Below are positions 1 through 9,217 of a stretch of DNA of 64,000 nucleotides, one piece after another. The notes below the pieces were generated by a model that worked only from the letters and a program-made list of their open reading frames with translations, did no database searches and had not been told where the DNA came from. Numbering within the stretch: position 1 is the first letter of the stretch; every line of letters starts with the position of its first letter. The stretch comes from an uncultured Verrucomicrobiae bacterium (lineage in GTDB: Bacteria; Verrucomicrobiota; Verrucomicrobiia; Chthoniobacterales; JAFAMB01): NCBI GenBank assembly GCA_963762565.1, contig CAVXLD010000005.1, positions 160,001 through 224,000 of the forward strand. Direction: 5' to 3'. The position numbers and the translations under genes are program-made.

Positions 1-1451
1 GTGGGGATGCAACGGATCGTAACCTTCAGGTCTTCTTTGATCTGCGCCTCGACAGAAGGGTCGCCGGACCAATGGGCAAACGCGAAACCGCCATGGATCT
101 CGGGCCGGTCAATGTCCTTGGGAGTGAAGAAGTCGTAGAAGTCGGCTTTGGAATCGATTTTAACCGTGTATCGGTCACGAAGTTCTTTGGCGCGCTCGTA
201 AAGGCCCGCCTGGATCTCGGTAAGAATTTCGGGGATGGCCTTTATCACCTCTTCGACCGGTCTAAATGCCTTTTCTTTGATCGGACGATCACGGCGAGCG
301 ATAGCAACGGTGCCTTTTTCCAAATCACGGGGACCGAGTTCGAGCCGGATAGGGACGCCGCGTTTGATCCAGTCCCAATTTTTCACCCCGCCGCCCAGGT
401 CGCGTTGGTCGACCTCTACCGTGACCGGTTCGTTCGCATAACGCTGGTTGCGGATTTCGGCAGCCAGGTTGTTCGCGGCTTCCAGGACAGTGGAGCGATG
501 TTCGGGTTTTTGGATCACAGGTAGGATGACGACCTGACTTGGGGCGATCCGAGGAGGCAAAATGATCCCATCATCGTCGCCGTGAGTCATGACGACGGTT
601 CCCACTAGGCGAGTGCTGGCGCCCCAGCTGGTGGTCCAACCGTATTCCTGGGTCCCCTCGCGTGATAGGTAACGGATGTCCGACGCCTTCGCGAAATTTT
701 GGCCAAGGAAATGCGAGGTACCGGCTTGGACGGCCTTCTGGTCTTGCATCATGGCCTCAATGGTCAAGGTGGTCACGGCGCCGGGGAACCGTTCGCTCTC
801 GGTCTTTTCACCGGCATAAACGGGAAGGGCGAGGAACTCTTCAGCAAAGGTCTGGTAAACCCGCAGCATTTGGTTCGCTTCAGCGACGGCTTCTTCGGCG
901 GTTTCGTGAACGGTGTGGCCTTCTTGCCAGAGGAATTCTGTGGTCCGGAGAAAGAGACGAGTCCGCATTTCCCAGCGCAGCACATTGCACCATTGGTTTA
1001 TCAGAATGGGTAGATCGCGATAGGACTGGACCCAGCGGGAGAAGGTTGCGCCGATGATAGTTTCCGAGGTTGGCCGGATTACTAAGGGTTCGGTCAGTTC
1101 GGCAGAGGGAGCCGGACGCATTTTCCCATCGGGGCCTATCTCGAGGCGATGGTGGGTGACCACGGCACATTCTTTGGCGAAGCCTTCGACGTGGGACGCT
1201 TCTTTCTCGAAATAACTAAGGGGGATTAGCAAAGGGAAATACGCGTTCTTGTGTCCGGTATCTTTGAACATCCGGTCGAGATGCCGCTGAATGTTTTCCC
1301 ACATGCCGAAGCCCCACGGCTTGATCACCATGCAACCACGGACGTCAGAGTTCTCCGCCAATTCGGCGGCGCGAACGACCTGTTGATACCACTCGGGGAA
1401 GTCTTCGGCCCGAGTGGGAGAGATGGCGGTCTTTTGGGCGGATGCTGACAT
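1..1451 (-). CDS. proS: Prolyl-tRNA synthetase (archaeal/eukaryote-like type), 3' end runs off window
   Basis: Not in ORF track (no stop in window). Manual minus-strand translation from ATG 1451: MSASAQKTAISPTRAEDFPEWYQQVV...VRGCMVIKPWG, VMTHGDDDG, and C-terminal AHWSGDPSVEAQIKEDLKVTIRCIP typical of ProRS. Confidence 0.93.
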   Translation of the reverse strand, partial: MSASAQKTAISPTRAEDFPEWYQQVVRAAELAENSDVRGCMVIKPWGFGMWENIQRHLDRMFKDTGHKNAYFPLLIPLSYFEKEASHVEGFAKECAVVTHHRLEIGPDGKMRPAPSAELTEPLVIRPTSETIIGATFSRWVQSYRDLPILINQWCNVLRWEMRTRLFLRTTEFLWQEGHTVHETAEEAVAEANQMLRVYQTFAEEFLALPVYAGEKTESERFPGAVTTLTIEAMMQDQKAVQAGTSHFLGQNFAKASDIRYLSREGTQEYGWTTSWGASTRLVGTVVMTHGDDDGIILPPRIAPSQVVILPVIQKPEHRSTVLEAANNLAAEIRNQRYANEPVTVEVDQRDLGGGVKNWDWIKRGVPIRLELGPRDLEKGTVAIARRDRPIKEKAFRPVEEVIKAIPEILTEIQAGLYERAKELRDRYTVKIDSKADFYDFFTPKDIDRPEIHGGFAFAHWSGDPSVEAQIKEDLKVTIRCIP

Positions 1452-1458
1452 GGTGACG

Positions 1459-1500
1459 TGAGCAGTGAGAAGTGAGAGGCGATTAGTGATTGGTGATTGG
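1459..1500. repeat. Heptamer tandem array (GTGAGAA/GTGAGAG/GTGATTG)
   Basis: Direct reading; same unit recurs at 3642-3820 and 29858-29895. Confidence 0.7.
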
Positions 1501-1540
1501 TCGCTCGGCGGGTGGCAGGGCGGCTGCCCGACTGCGATGT

Positions 1541-2653
1541 CTAGGCGAATGAATTCAGGAAGAAGCGGAAGAATTCGGCGCCGCGTTCGAGTTCCTGGAT
1601 CTCAATGTATTCGTCGCAGGTGTGGGCTTGTTTGATGCTGCCGGGGCCGATCGCGATAGCGGGAGTGTTTTGTTCGGCGAAAAAGGCGGCATCGCAGAAC
1701 CAGGGGACACCGATGCGTTTGGAGCCTAGAGCTACAAATTTTTCGATGAAGGGGTGCGTAGGATCGGTATAGAGCGGTTGAGAAACTTTCAGCGGGGTGG
1801 CTTTGACCTCAGGGAAACGGGCGGAAAGAAAGGCTTGGACGGCTTTTACCATTTCTTCCTGGCCTGGAATTGTGCGGACGTCGATCTCGGCCCGGCTATG
1901 GTCGGGGACGATATTAATTTTTACGCCGCCAGTAATGGTGCCGAGGCTGATGGTTGGTTTACCGAGAGCTTCGTTGGCGGGTACGGGGCAGAGATTTGGG
2001 AACTCCGATTTAAGGGCGGAGAAGGCTTCGGTCAGAAGTTCGATGGCGTTGATACCGGCGTCAGGACTAGCGGCGTGAACGGCCTTGCCGCGGGCATCCA
2101 GCTGCATCCAAGCAGTGCCTTTGTGAGTATAAACAACATTGAGATCGGTCGGTTCGCCGACCACGACAAAATCGGCTTCCCGGCGTTTAGCGCAGAGCTT
2201 GGAGCCAAGTTGCATGACTTCCTCGTCAGCGAGTCCTGCGAATCCGACGGCGACACTCAATTTCGAGAGGTCGATCGTGGTCAAAGCCCAAAGCATGGCA
2301 GCCATAGGTCCCTTGGTGTCGGTTGCGCCGCGCCCGAGCAAGCGGCCATCGACGATATCGCCTTTAAAAGGATCGATGGTCATTCCGCGGACCGGGACTG
2401 TGTCCAAATGGGGAGCAAACAAGATAGTCGTTTTGGCGGCCGGTGGTTTAGGGAACCAGCCATACACGTTTGGACGGCCTGGCGCGACATACTCGAATTC
2501 GACCGAGGCGCCGTGAGAACTCAAGAATTCGCCGACGAACCGGGCCAGGTCTTCTTCCCCCGCACCCGCACTTTCGGGTGCGCCGGAAGGGTTCTCGCTT
2601 GGGATACGAACCAAGTCGCGGCATAACTCAGTAACGGAAGCAATTGGGCTCAT
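1541..2653 (-). CDS. M20 family metallopeptidase (ArgE/DapE-like deacylase)
   Basis: HLDTVP, GRGATDTKG, DEE, GEPT, HKG and AHTCDE motifs. Confidence 0.88.
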   Translation of the reverse strand: MSPIASVTELCRDLVRIPSENPSGAPESAGAGEEDLARFVGEFLSSHGASVEFEYVAPGRPNVYGWFPKPPAAKTTILFAPHLDTVPVRGMTIDPFKGDIVDGRLLGRGATDTKGPMAAMLWALTTIDLSKLSVAVGFAGLADEEVMQLGSKLCAKRREADFVVVGEPTDLNVVYTHKGTAWMQLDARGKAVHAASPDAGINAIELLTEAFSALKSEFPNLCPVPANEALGKPTISLGTITGGVKINIVPDHSRAEIDVRTIPGQEEMVKAVQAFLSARFPEVKATPLKVSQPLYTDPTHPFIEKFVALGSKRIGVPWFCDAAFFAEQNTPAIAIGPGSIKQAHTCDEYIEIQELERGAEFFRFFLNSFA

Positions 2654-3585
2654 AGGGTGCGGAACCAGTCAACAAATTGCGGGATCCCTTTTTCGATGAG
2701 CGTGGTTGGCCGGTAACGGAGCAATTGAGAGGCCTTCGAAATATCGGCGTAAGTCTGTGGCATATCACCGGGGGCTGGTGGCTGGTATTGGATGACGGCG
2801 GATCGACCAAGCGCCTTTTCGATCAAGCCAATGACTTCGTTAAGCTCGACGGTTTGATTCTCACCTAGGTTGAAAATTTCAAAAGGCGAACCCTCGAAAT
2901 CGATTGCGCCCAAAACTCCTTGGATGGTGTCGTCGATAAACGTGAAATCGCGGCGCTGAGTTCCGTCTCCGTAAACTTCGATCGGGTTTCCGCCCGCAAT
3001 CAGCCGGGTAAATTTATGGATAGAGAGATCGGGACGCTGGCGCGGTCCGTATACGGTAAAGAACCGGAGACAAACGACTTTCAAACCGTAAAGATAAGAA
3101 TAGTTCGAGCAGAGCTGTTCGCCGGCCAGTTTGCTGCTGGCGTACGGGCTAAGGGTCTGCACCAGGACTTGATCTTCCCGGAACGGGATCTGGGGCGTAG
3201 CCCCGTAGACGGAGGAGCTAGAGGCAAAAACAAATTTGGTGACGCCGGTGCGTTTGGCGGCCTCGAGCAGGTTGAAGGTGCCGAAGATGTTAGTCTTAAG
3301 GTAGAGTTCCGGGCATTGGACGGAGGGAAGAACTCCGGCCCGCGCGGCGAGATGGACAATGACATCCGGGCGCTGGGTCTGAATGATAGTGTTGATCTGA
3401 TCCTGATCACAGACGTCGGCAGTGAAGATTTTGGCTGGAGTTTTCCGAAGGTTAGAACGTTTGATCTCAGGGTCGTAAAAGTCGTTGAAATCGTCGATGA
3501 CAACGACCGAATCGCCGCGTGCTGTGAGTACGTCGACGAGGTGCGAACCGATAAACCCAGCACCGCCTGTGACCAAGATTTTCAT
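2650..3585 (-). CDS. NAD-dependent epimerase/dehydratase (UDP-glucuronate 4-epimerase-like)
   Basis: TGGAGFIG, HLAARAGV, YASSK, RFFTVYGPRQRPD. Confidence 0.9.
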   Translation of the reverse strand: MKILVTGGAGFIGSHLVDVLTARGDSVVVIDDFNDFYDPEIKRSNLRKTPAKIFTADVCDQDQINTIIQTQRPDVIVHLAARAGVLPSVQCPELYLKTNIFGTFNLLEAAKRTGVTKFVFASSSSVYGATPQIPFREDQVLVQTLSPYASSKLAGEQLCSNYSYLYGLKVVCLRFFTVYGPRQRPDLSIHKFTRLIAGGNPIEVYGDGTQRRDFTFIDDTIQGVLGAIDFEGSPFEIFNLGENQTVELNEVIGLIEKALGRSAVIQYQPPAPGDMPQTYADISKASQLLRYRPTTLIEKGIPQFVDWFRTL

Positions 3586-3641
3586 TAAGAGTGGAAAGGG
3601 GGCAAGCTGGGATTAAATGGACACAGGCGCAAGGGGAAACC

Positions 3642-3820
3642 GTGAGAGGTGAGAGGTGAGAAGTGATTGGTGAAAGGTGATTGGTGGGTTGGCGAGGGGC
3701 ATGTCGCGTCCGGGGCCGAACATGAGACGAGTAAGGTGAAAAGTGAACGGGTGAGATGTCCGATGGCGCCGGGCTGCTGTTTACCAATCACGTCTCACTT
3801 CTCACGTCTCACTTCTCACC
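3642..3820. repeat. Inverted pair of heptamer arrays (GTGAGAG/GTGATTG ... TCTCACT)
   Basis: gtgagaggtgagaggtgagaagtgattggtga at left; caatcacgtctcacttctcacgtctcacttctcac at right. Confidence 0.75.
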
Positions 3821-3880
3821 GGGTTTTCAAAAGACGGGGTTGACAAGTGAACCGAACCGCGGGGATATACAAATTAGCGA

Positions 3881-4114
3881 ATGCCCGACGAGAAAAGAGG
3901 TCCGGCTCGGATCACACTTCCCCCACGCATTAAAGCTCCGGAGGTTGTGGAGCCGGTTGTTATTCCGGAGGGTGTTCCGGTGCACACTAGCGAGCGATTA
4001 ATCGCGCGGATGCCGCCGGTGCGGCGGGATCCGTGGGTGGTCCCATTGGCGGGGTTGGTCCTCGCTTTTTCCGTGATTTCGCTTATCGTACAATGTTTAG
4101 TTGCTTTCAGTTGA
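3881..4114 (+). CDS. Small hypothetical membrane protein
   Basis: 77 aa, Pro-rich N-terminus, single C-terminal hydrophobic helix; co-oriented with trxA. Confidence 0.6.
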   Translation: MPDEKRGPARITLPPRIKAPEVVEPVVIPEGVPVHTSERLIARMPPVRRDPWVVPLAGLVLAFSVISLIVQCLVAFS

Positions 4115-4160
4115 CAACAAGGGGAACCAGGGGTTGTGCTAACGAAAGAAAGAAAAGGTT

Positions 4161-4490
4161 ATGGTAACGGCTTCTGTACTACATTTGAATGAGTCGAACT
4201 TCGATCAAACCATTAGCGTGTCCGACGTGCCAGTGCTTGTCGATTTCTGGGCGAGCTGGTGCGGTCCTTGTCGAATGATCGCGCCTGTTTTGGACGAGAT
4301 TGCCAAGGAACAGGGTGAGAAGGTGCGGATCGTCAAGATCGACGTCGACGCTAATCCGGAAATTTCTAATCGGTTCGGAATTCGGAACATTCCGACTCTT
4401 CTGTTTTTCAAGGGAGGCGAGGTCAAGGATCAAGTAGTGGGATTAACGAGCAAGGCGGACTTGGTAGGCCGCCTGAATGCGTTAAAGTAA
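4161..4490 (+). CDS. trxA: Thioredoxin
   Basis: WCGPC active site, 109 aa. Confidence 0.97.
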   Translation: MVTASVLHLNESNFDQTISVSDVPVLVDFWASWCGPCRMIAPVLDEIAKEQGEKVRIVKIDVDANPEISNRFGIRNIPTLLFFKGGEVKDQVVGLTSKADLVGRLNALK

Positions 4491-4549
4491 ATCAAATACC
4501 TGGCGCGACGGGAATAGAGTGGGGTTAGTGCCAGTCGAATAGTAACGAA

Positions 4550-4879
4550 ATGAATATGCTAGCGTTAGGCTTTGGGAACTTCGGTGGCCCTGATCTATTC
4601 ATCATCCTGCTCATTGTGCTCGTATTGTTTGGCGCCAAAAAGCTCCCTGAGCTGGCCCGCAGTCTGGGGCAAAGCATGAATGAATTTCGCAAAGCGCGGG
4701 AAGAGTTCGATCGCGAGCTGCATACTGCGGCTAACGATACAAAGAGCCAACCTCAGTCGTATCAGCAGGCGCAAAATGTGCAACCGGCACAAAATGTGCA
4801 ACAGGCACAGCCGGCTGGGCAGGCGAACCAGTCTCAGCCACAGGTTACGGCTGGGAATGAGCAACGACCTCAGGTCTGA
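4550..4879 (+). CDS. tatA: Twin-arginine translocase TatA/E subunit
   Basis: LVLFGAKKLPELARSLGQSMNEFRKA. Confidence 0.93.
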   Translation: MNMLALGFGNFGGPDLFIILLIVLVLFGAKKLPELARSLGQSMNEFRKAREEFDRELHTAANDTKSQPQSYQQAQNVQPAQNVQQAQPAGQANQSQPQVTAGNEQRPQV

Positions 4880-4904
4880 GCAACGCCGAGAACGAAAAGA
4901 ATTT

Positions 4905-4937
4905 ACGCCGTCTGATCGCAGGGTCAGACGGCGTTTT
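4905..4937 (+). terminator. Probable intrinsic terminator after tatA
   Basis: 11-bp stem acgccgtctga/tcagacggcgt followed by T-run. Confidence 0.6.
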
Positions 4938-4953
4938 CGCGTCTTGGGGGTCT

Positions 4954-5125
4954 TGCGAAACGGCGAATGGGCGAAACGGCGAACTGGCGAATTACGCTGG
5001 GACCGAATGGGACTTATAGGACCTATAAGGAGATCCTATTAATGCCATCAGTCCTATAGGTCCGATCCGTTGGCAGTGTCCAACGCGTGCCCACACGCCG
5101 TTTCGCCCGTTCGCCGTTTCGCCCA
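4954..5125. repeat. Nested inverted STR pairs: octamer (GGCGAAAC/GGCGAATG) enclosing nonamer (GGACCTATA)
   Basis: Direct reading; octamer reverse complement at 5096-5125. Confidence 0.75.
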
Positions 5126-5222
5126 CTCGTGTTTTCTCTTGCGGTGGCACGTATGGGACTTAATGTCGCGGGGGTCCCGCGTTGACGTTTTTAAGCGCGG
5201 GACGTTTTCTGTCCAGAATTTT

Positions 5223-6551
5223 ATGGCCAATACAGTGTTGGTGGGTGCGCAGTGGGGGGATGAAGGCAAAGGCAAAGTCATCGATTATCTGACGGGCCGG
5301 GTCGATGTGGTCGTCAGGAGTCAGGGTGGCAACAATGCTGGGCACACCGTTGTAGTCGGGGATGTAAAATATATTCTTCGATTGATCCCGTCGGGTATTT
5401 TGCGGCCCGGGAAATTGTGTTTGATCGGGAACGGTGTGGTGGTGGATCCGATCTCGCTGTGCGAGGAGATTGCGGAGCTCAAACGCCAAGGCGTGGAGAT
5501 CTCAAACCGGAATTTGTTGATCAGCGATGCCGCGCATCTGGTGTTTCCTTACCACAAGTTGATTGATGAATACCGAGAGCTGGCAGTTGGGCCAAATAAG
5601 ATCGGGACAACCAAGCGTGGTATCGGTCCCGCCTATGGGGATAAAATTGCGCGGGTGGGTATTCGGTTGGGTGACCTTTTAGATCCAAGGCTTTTCAATG
5701 AGCGGCTGGAGAACAGGCGCCAGGAAGTGGATTGGCTGTTGGAGCGGTACGAAGCTAAGCCGATTGATTGGCGGGAGCTGAGTCACCAATATCTCGCTGC
5801 TGGAGAACAGCTCAGGGAGATGGTGACAAACACGGTGCTCGAGCTGCATCGTTTGATGGAGCAAGGGAAAGAGATTTTGTTCGAAGGGGCACAAGGCACG
5901 TTTCTGGACATCGATCACGGGACTTATCCGTACGTGACTTCATCGAATACCACCGCCGGTGGAGCGTGTACTGGCGCCGGAGTGCCGCCGACTCGAATTG
6001 ATCGGGTGGTTGGAGCAATGAAGGCGTATACGACTCGGGTGGGAGAAGGTCCGTTCCCAACCGAAGATCAAGGGCTATCAGATATGCTGCATGCGATGGG
6101 CCGCGAGTTTGGCGCGGTCACTGGACGAGAACGGCGCTGTGGTTGGTTCGATGCCGTTGCGACTCGATTTGCGGTGATCGTGAATGGGATCGATGAGATT
6201 GCGGTCACGAACCTCGATGGGCTGGATCAGCTGGAGACGATCAAGATCTGTGTGGAGTATAAGCGGGAAGGCAAAGGAGTCGGGTCACCGCCGACCTGTG
6301 TCCGGGAGTTTGGACGTTGTACACCGGTATATATCGAGGTGCCGGGATGGAAAGAATCGACCACCGGTACCCAGAGCTACGAGGATTTGCCGAAGAATGC
6401 GCGGCTGTATCTCGAGAAAGTTTGCGAGTTAATCGGGGCAAAGATCGGGCTGGTGGGTGTGGGGCAGAAGAGGGAGCAGACCCTCGTTGTAACGCCGGCA
6501 ACGCCGGGATCGCCGTCAACGCTGGGAACGGGTGCATGGCAAGCTCGCTGA
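5223..6551 (+). CDS. purA: Adenylosuccinate synthetase
   Basis: GAQWGDEGKGK, GGNNAGHT, EGAQG, GTYPYVTSS; start taken at ATG 5223 (MANTVLVG). Confidence 0.97.
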   Translation: MANTVLVGAQWGDEGKGKVIDYLTGRVDVVVRSQGGNNAGHTVVVGDVKYILRLIPSGILRPGKLCLIGNGVVVDPISLCEEIAELKRQGVEISNRNLLISDAAHLVFPYHKLIDEYRELAVGPNKIGTTKRGIGPAYGDKIARVGIRLGDLLDPRLFNERLENRRQEVDWLLERYEAKPIDWRELSHQYLAAGEQLREMVTNTVLELHRLMEQGKEILFEGAQGTFLDIDHGTYPYVTSSNTTAGGACTGAGVPPTRIDRVVGAMKAYTTRVGEGPFPTEDQGLSDMLHAMGREFGAVTGRERRCGWFDAVATRFAVIVNGIDEIAVTNLDGLDQLETIKICVEYKREGKGVGSPPTCVREFGRCTPVYIEVPGWKESTTGTQSYEDLPKNARLYLEKVCELIGAKIGLVGVGQKREQTLVVTPATPGSPSTLGTGAWQAR

Positions 6552-6588
6552 TAGGCCAGCTGGCGGCGATGACGCTCGTTGACGGCGT

Positions 6589-7317
6589 TTACACGCCTCC
6601 GTAGCGGCGTTGGCGGCGGTTGTATTCCGCGACGGCATCCACAAGATCTTGGCGGGTGAAATCAGGCCACAGTTTCGGGATCACGTACATCTCGGTGTAG
6701 CTCACTTGCCAAAGTAGAAAATTCGAGATCCGCATTTCGCCGGAGGTTCGGATCAGGAGGTCGGGATCGGGTAAGTCGCGGGTGTAAAGGAAACTGTTGA
6801 AGAGCTCGGCATCGATGGCGTCGGGTCGTAACTTGCCGTCAGCAACTTCTTCGGCCACGCGTTGAATGGCATCGATGATCTCGGTGCGGCCACTATAGTT
6901 AACGGCGAGGATGGCTGTCAGCTGGGTATTGTTGGCCGTGGTGGTGATGGCGTGTTGAAGCTGGTCCTGGCATTCCGGCGGTAGCTCGTTCAACCTGCCG
7001 ATGGCCTGTACACGGACGCCGCGACGGGCCATGTCTTTGGTGTAGTCGCGGAGGAACCGTTGCAATAGACCCATCAAGGTATCGACTTCTTCCTTCGGTC
7101 GCTGCCAGTTCTCGGTCGAGAAAGCGTACAGGGTGAGGTATTCGATACCGAGCTCGAGACAAGTTTCCACACACTCGCGGACTGCTTTTGCACCTTCGAG
7201 ATGACCCCGGGAGCGCGGCCATCCGCGTTGTCGTGCCCACCTCCCGTTGCCATCCATAATGACGGCAATATGCCTAGGAGTTTTACTGACCATGTTAAGC
7301 TGGTCAACAACCGGCAT
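6589..7317 (-). CDS. uppS: Undecaprenyl diphosphate synthase (isoprenyl transferase)
   Basis: HIAVIMDGNGRWA, YAFSTENW, RTSGEMRISNFLLWQ; start may be 7293. Confidence 0.96.
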   Translation of the reverse strand: MPVVDQLNMVSKTPRHIAVIMDGNGRWARQRGWPRSRGHLEGAKAVRECVETCLELGIEYLTLYAFSTENWQRPKEEVDTLMGLLQRFLRDYTKDMARRGVRVQAIGRLNELPPECQDQLQHAITTTANNTQLTAILAVNYSGRTEIIDAIQRVAEEVADGKLRPDAIDAELFNSFLYTRDLPDPDLLIRTSGEMRISNFLLWQVSYTEMYVIPKLWPDFTRQDLVDAVAEYNRRQRRYGGV

Positions 7318-7339
7318 GGGGAGGGAAAAAGCAAATCGG

Positions 7340-7500
7340 AAAGGAGCTAGGAGCTAGAATCCAGGAGCTAGGAGGGGGAGGCAGGCGGCGTGTTGGCGTA
7401 TGGGCGTGGCGGCGTATGGGCGTATGGGCGTATCGGCGTGTGGGCGTGTGGGCGTGTGAGTGGACTTAGTGGACCTTGTGGACGGAGTGGACGAAGTGTG
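7340..7500. repeat. Cluster of STR arrays (AGGAGCT heptamer, GGCGTATG octamer, GTGGACNNN nonamer)
   Basis: Direct reading. Confidence 0.75.
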
Positions 7501-7690
7501 GCAAGGGGCGAGTGGGGCTGCTCCTGAGATCGGCGGCTGGCGGCTGCCGGGAGCGTTCACGGCATTGTTTTTGAATATCGGTGCTTGCAGATTAGACAGG
7601 ATGGGCAAAAGATAACACCCGGTTTTTGGCTCGTTGGAGATAAGGTTGACCATTTAGGGGCATCCATACCCCCTACGAGCACGCAGTTTG

Positions 7691-9133
7691 ATGCAGACGA
7701 TTTTGCTTGTTGATCCAGAGACAGATTTCCTTGAGTGGGCCCAGAACCAACTCGAAACACCGACTACTCGTGTCCTGACGGCTACCACTGCGGACGAGGG
7801 CTACAAGGTTTATATCTCGGAAAACCCGGATCTTTTGGTTTCTGAGACCCACCTGATGCCTTTCAGTGGCTTGGAACTGTTGGCGCGCATTCGTCAGCGG
7901 GATACGAACGCGATGGTGATATTAATGAGCGCTTTCGGGACGACACAATCGGTCATTGAGTCGATGAAGTTGGGAGCTTTCGACTATCTGCGAAAGGAAT
8001 CGTTACCATTCAATCTTAAGCCAGTCGTGGACGCGGCGTTGACGGCTCAGGCGGAGATGCGCTCGGCGACGGCGTTTAAGCCACAACTGACGGTCGAGCA
8101 ATACCAGGACAGCCTGGTGGGGCAATCCCAAGCCATGCAGCAGGTCTTCAAGATGGTGGGTCGAGTCTCCCACAGTGATGCGCCGGTGATGATCACGGGT
8201 GAAAGCGGGTCGGGTAAAGAATTGGTGGCGCGGGCGATCCATCACTATAGCAATCGGAGTTCGCAAACCTTCATTGCGATCAATTGTGCGGCAATTCCGG
8301 AGAATCTTTTGGAAAGCGAATTGTTCGGTCACGAACGAGGAGCTTTTACGGGAGCGGCGTCGCAGCGGATCGGTCGATTCGAGCAGAGCAACGGCGGGAC
8401 TCTGTTCCTGGACGAGATTGGGGAAATGCCGCTGCCGGTTCAGAGCAAGATTCTGCGAGTATTGCAGGAAGGCGAGTTTTCGCGAGTAGGCGGAAATGCA
8501 GTGATTAAGACCGATGTCCGCATCATTGCCGCCACAAATAAGACTCTGGAACAAGAGGTAGCGAAGAAACAGTTCCGGGAAGACTTATTTTACCGCCTGA
8601 ACGTGGTGCGGATTCATTTGCCGCCGTTACGTCAGCGGAAAGAAGATATCCGTTTGTTGGCGGAATATTTCTTAAAGAAGATTTCTATCCAGAAACATCT
8701 GCCGCAGCTAACCGTATCCGCAGATTCGATCAAAGTTTTGGAGGACTATCCTTGGCCAGGGAACGTGCGCGAGCTTGAGAATACGATCCAACGGGCCTGT
8801 GTGTTGGCAACGAGCGATGTGCTTTTGCCGAAGGACATTCCGCTGGGAATTGCGAGTCAGACGGATCACTCGAATGGTGATCATCTCCCGAGTTCGTCCT
8901 CGGGAGTTACCAAACCTAGTTTGGATGTGGCGGTGGAGACGTTGTTGGATGCGGCGGCATCGGATCCCACGATTCAGCTTTTGCCATGGTTAGAACGGGA
9001 ATTCACGGTGTCGGCGATGAAGCGGACAAAAGGGAACCAGGTGAAGGCGGCGAAGTTGTTAGGGGTGACGCGAGCGACGTTGCGGAAGAGGATTGAGCGG
9101 TATGGGATTACCAAGGAATTGAGTTTTCAATAG
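7691..9133 (+). CDS. Sigma-54-dependent response regulator (NtrC/AtoC family)
   Basis: Receiver domain, GESGSGKE Walker [17 protein letters not shown], Fis-type HTH. Confidence 0.95.
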   Translation: MQTILLVDPETDFLEWAQNQLETPTTRVLTATTADEGYKVYISENPDLLVSETHLMPFSGLELLARIRQRDTNAMVILMSAFGTTQSVIESMKLGAFDYLRKESLPFNLKPVVDAALTAQAEMRSATAFKPQLTVEQYQDSLVGQSQAMQQVFKMVGRVSHSDAPVMITGESGSGKELVARAIHHYSNRSSQTFIAINCAAIPENLLESELFGHERGAFTGAASQRIGRFEQSNGGTLFLDEIGEMPLPVQSKILRVLQEGEFSRVGGNAVIKTDVRIIAATNKTLEQEVAKKQFREDLFYRLNVVRIHLPPLRQRKEDIRLLAEYFLKKISIQKHLPQLTVSADSIKVLEDYPWPGNVRELENTIQRACVLATSDVLLPKDIPLGIASQTDHSNGDHLPSSSSGVTKPSLDVAVETLLDAAASDPTIQLLPWLEREFTVSAMKRTKGNQVKAAKLLGVTRATLRKRIERYGITKELSFQ

Positions 9134-9217
9134 AGGCAGGAGCTAGGAGCTAGGATTGTCCCAGGTGATGCGACAGCCTACTAGAGGTGCGAAGCACTGG
9201 AATCATGATAGCCTAGG

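Noticed and set aside
72..1448. Plus-strand ORFs listed in the track over 72-1448
   Set aside because: Antisense shadows of proS
5070..5222. Long N-terminal extensions of purA (and similarly lpxB, thiG, pyrF, ABM) in the ORF track
   Set aside because: They run through intergenic or repeat DNA; downstream starts match family N-termini
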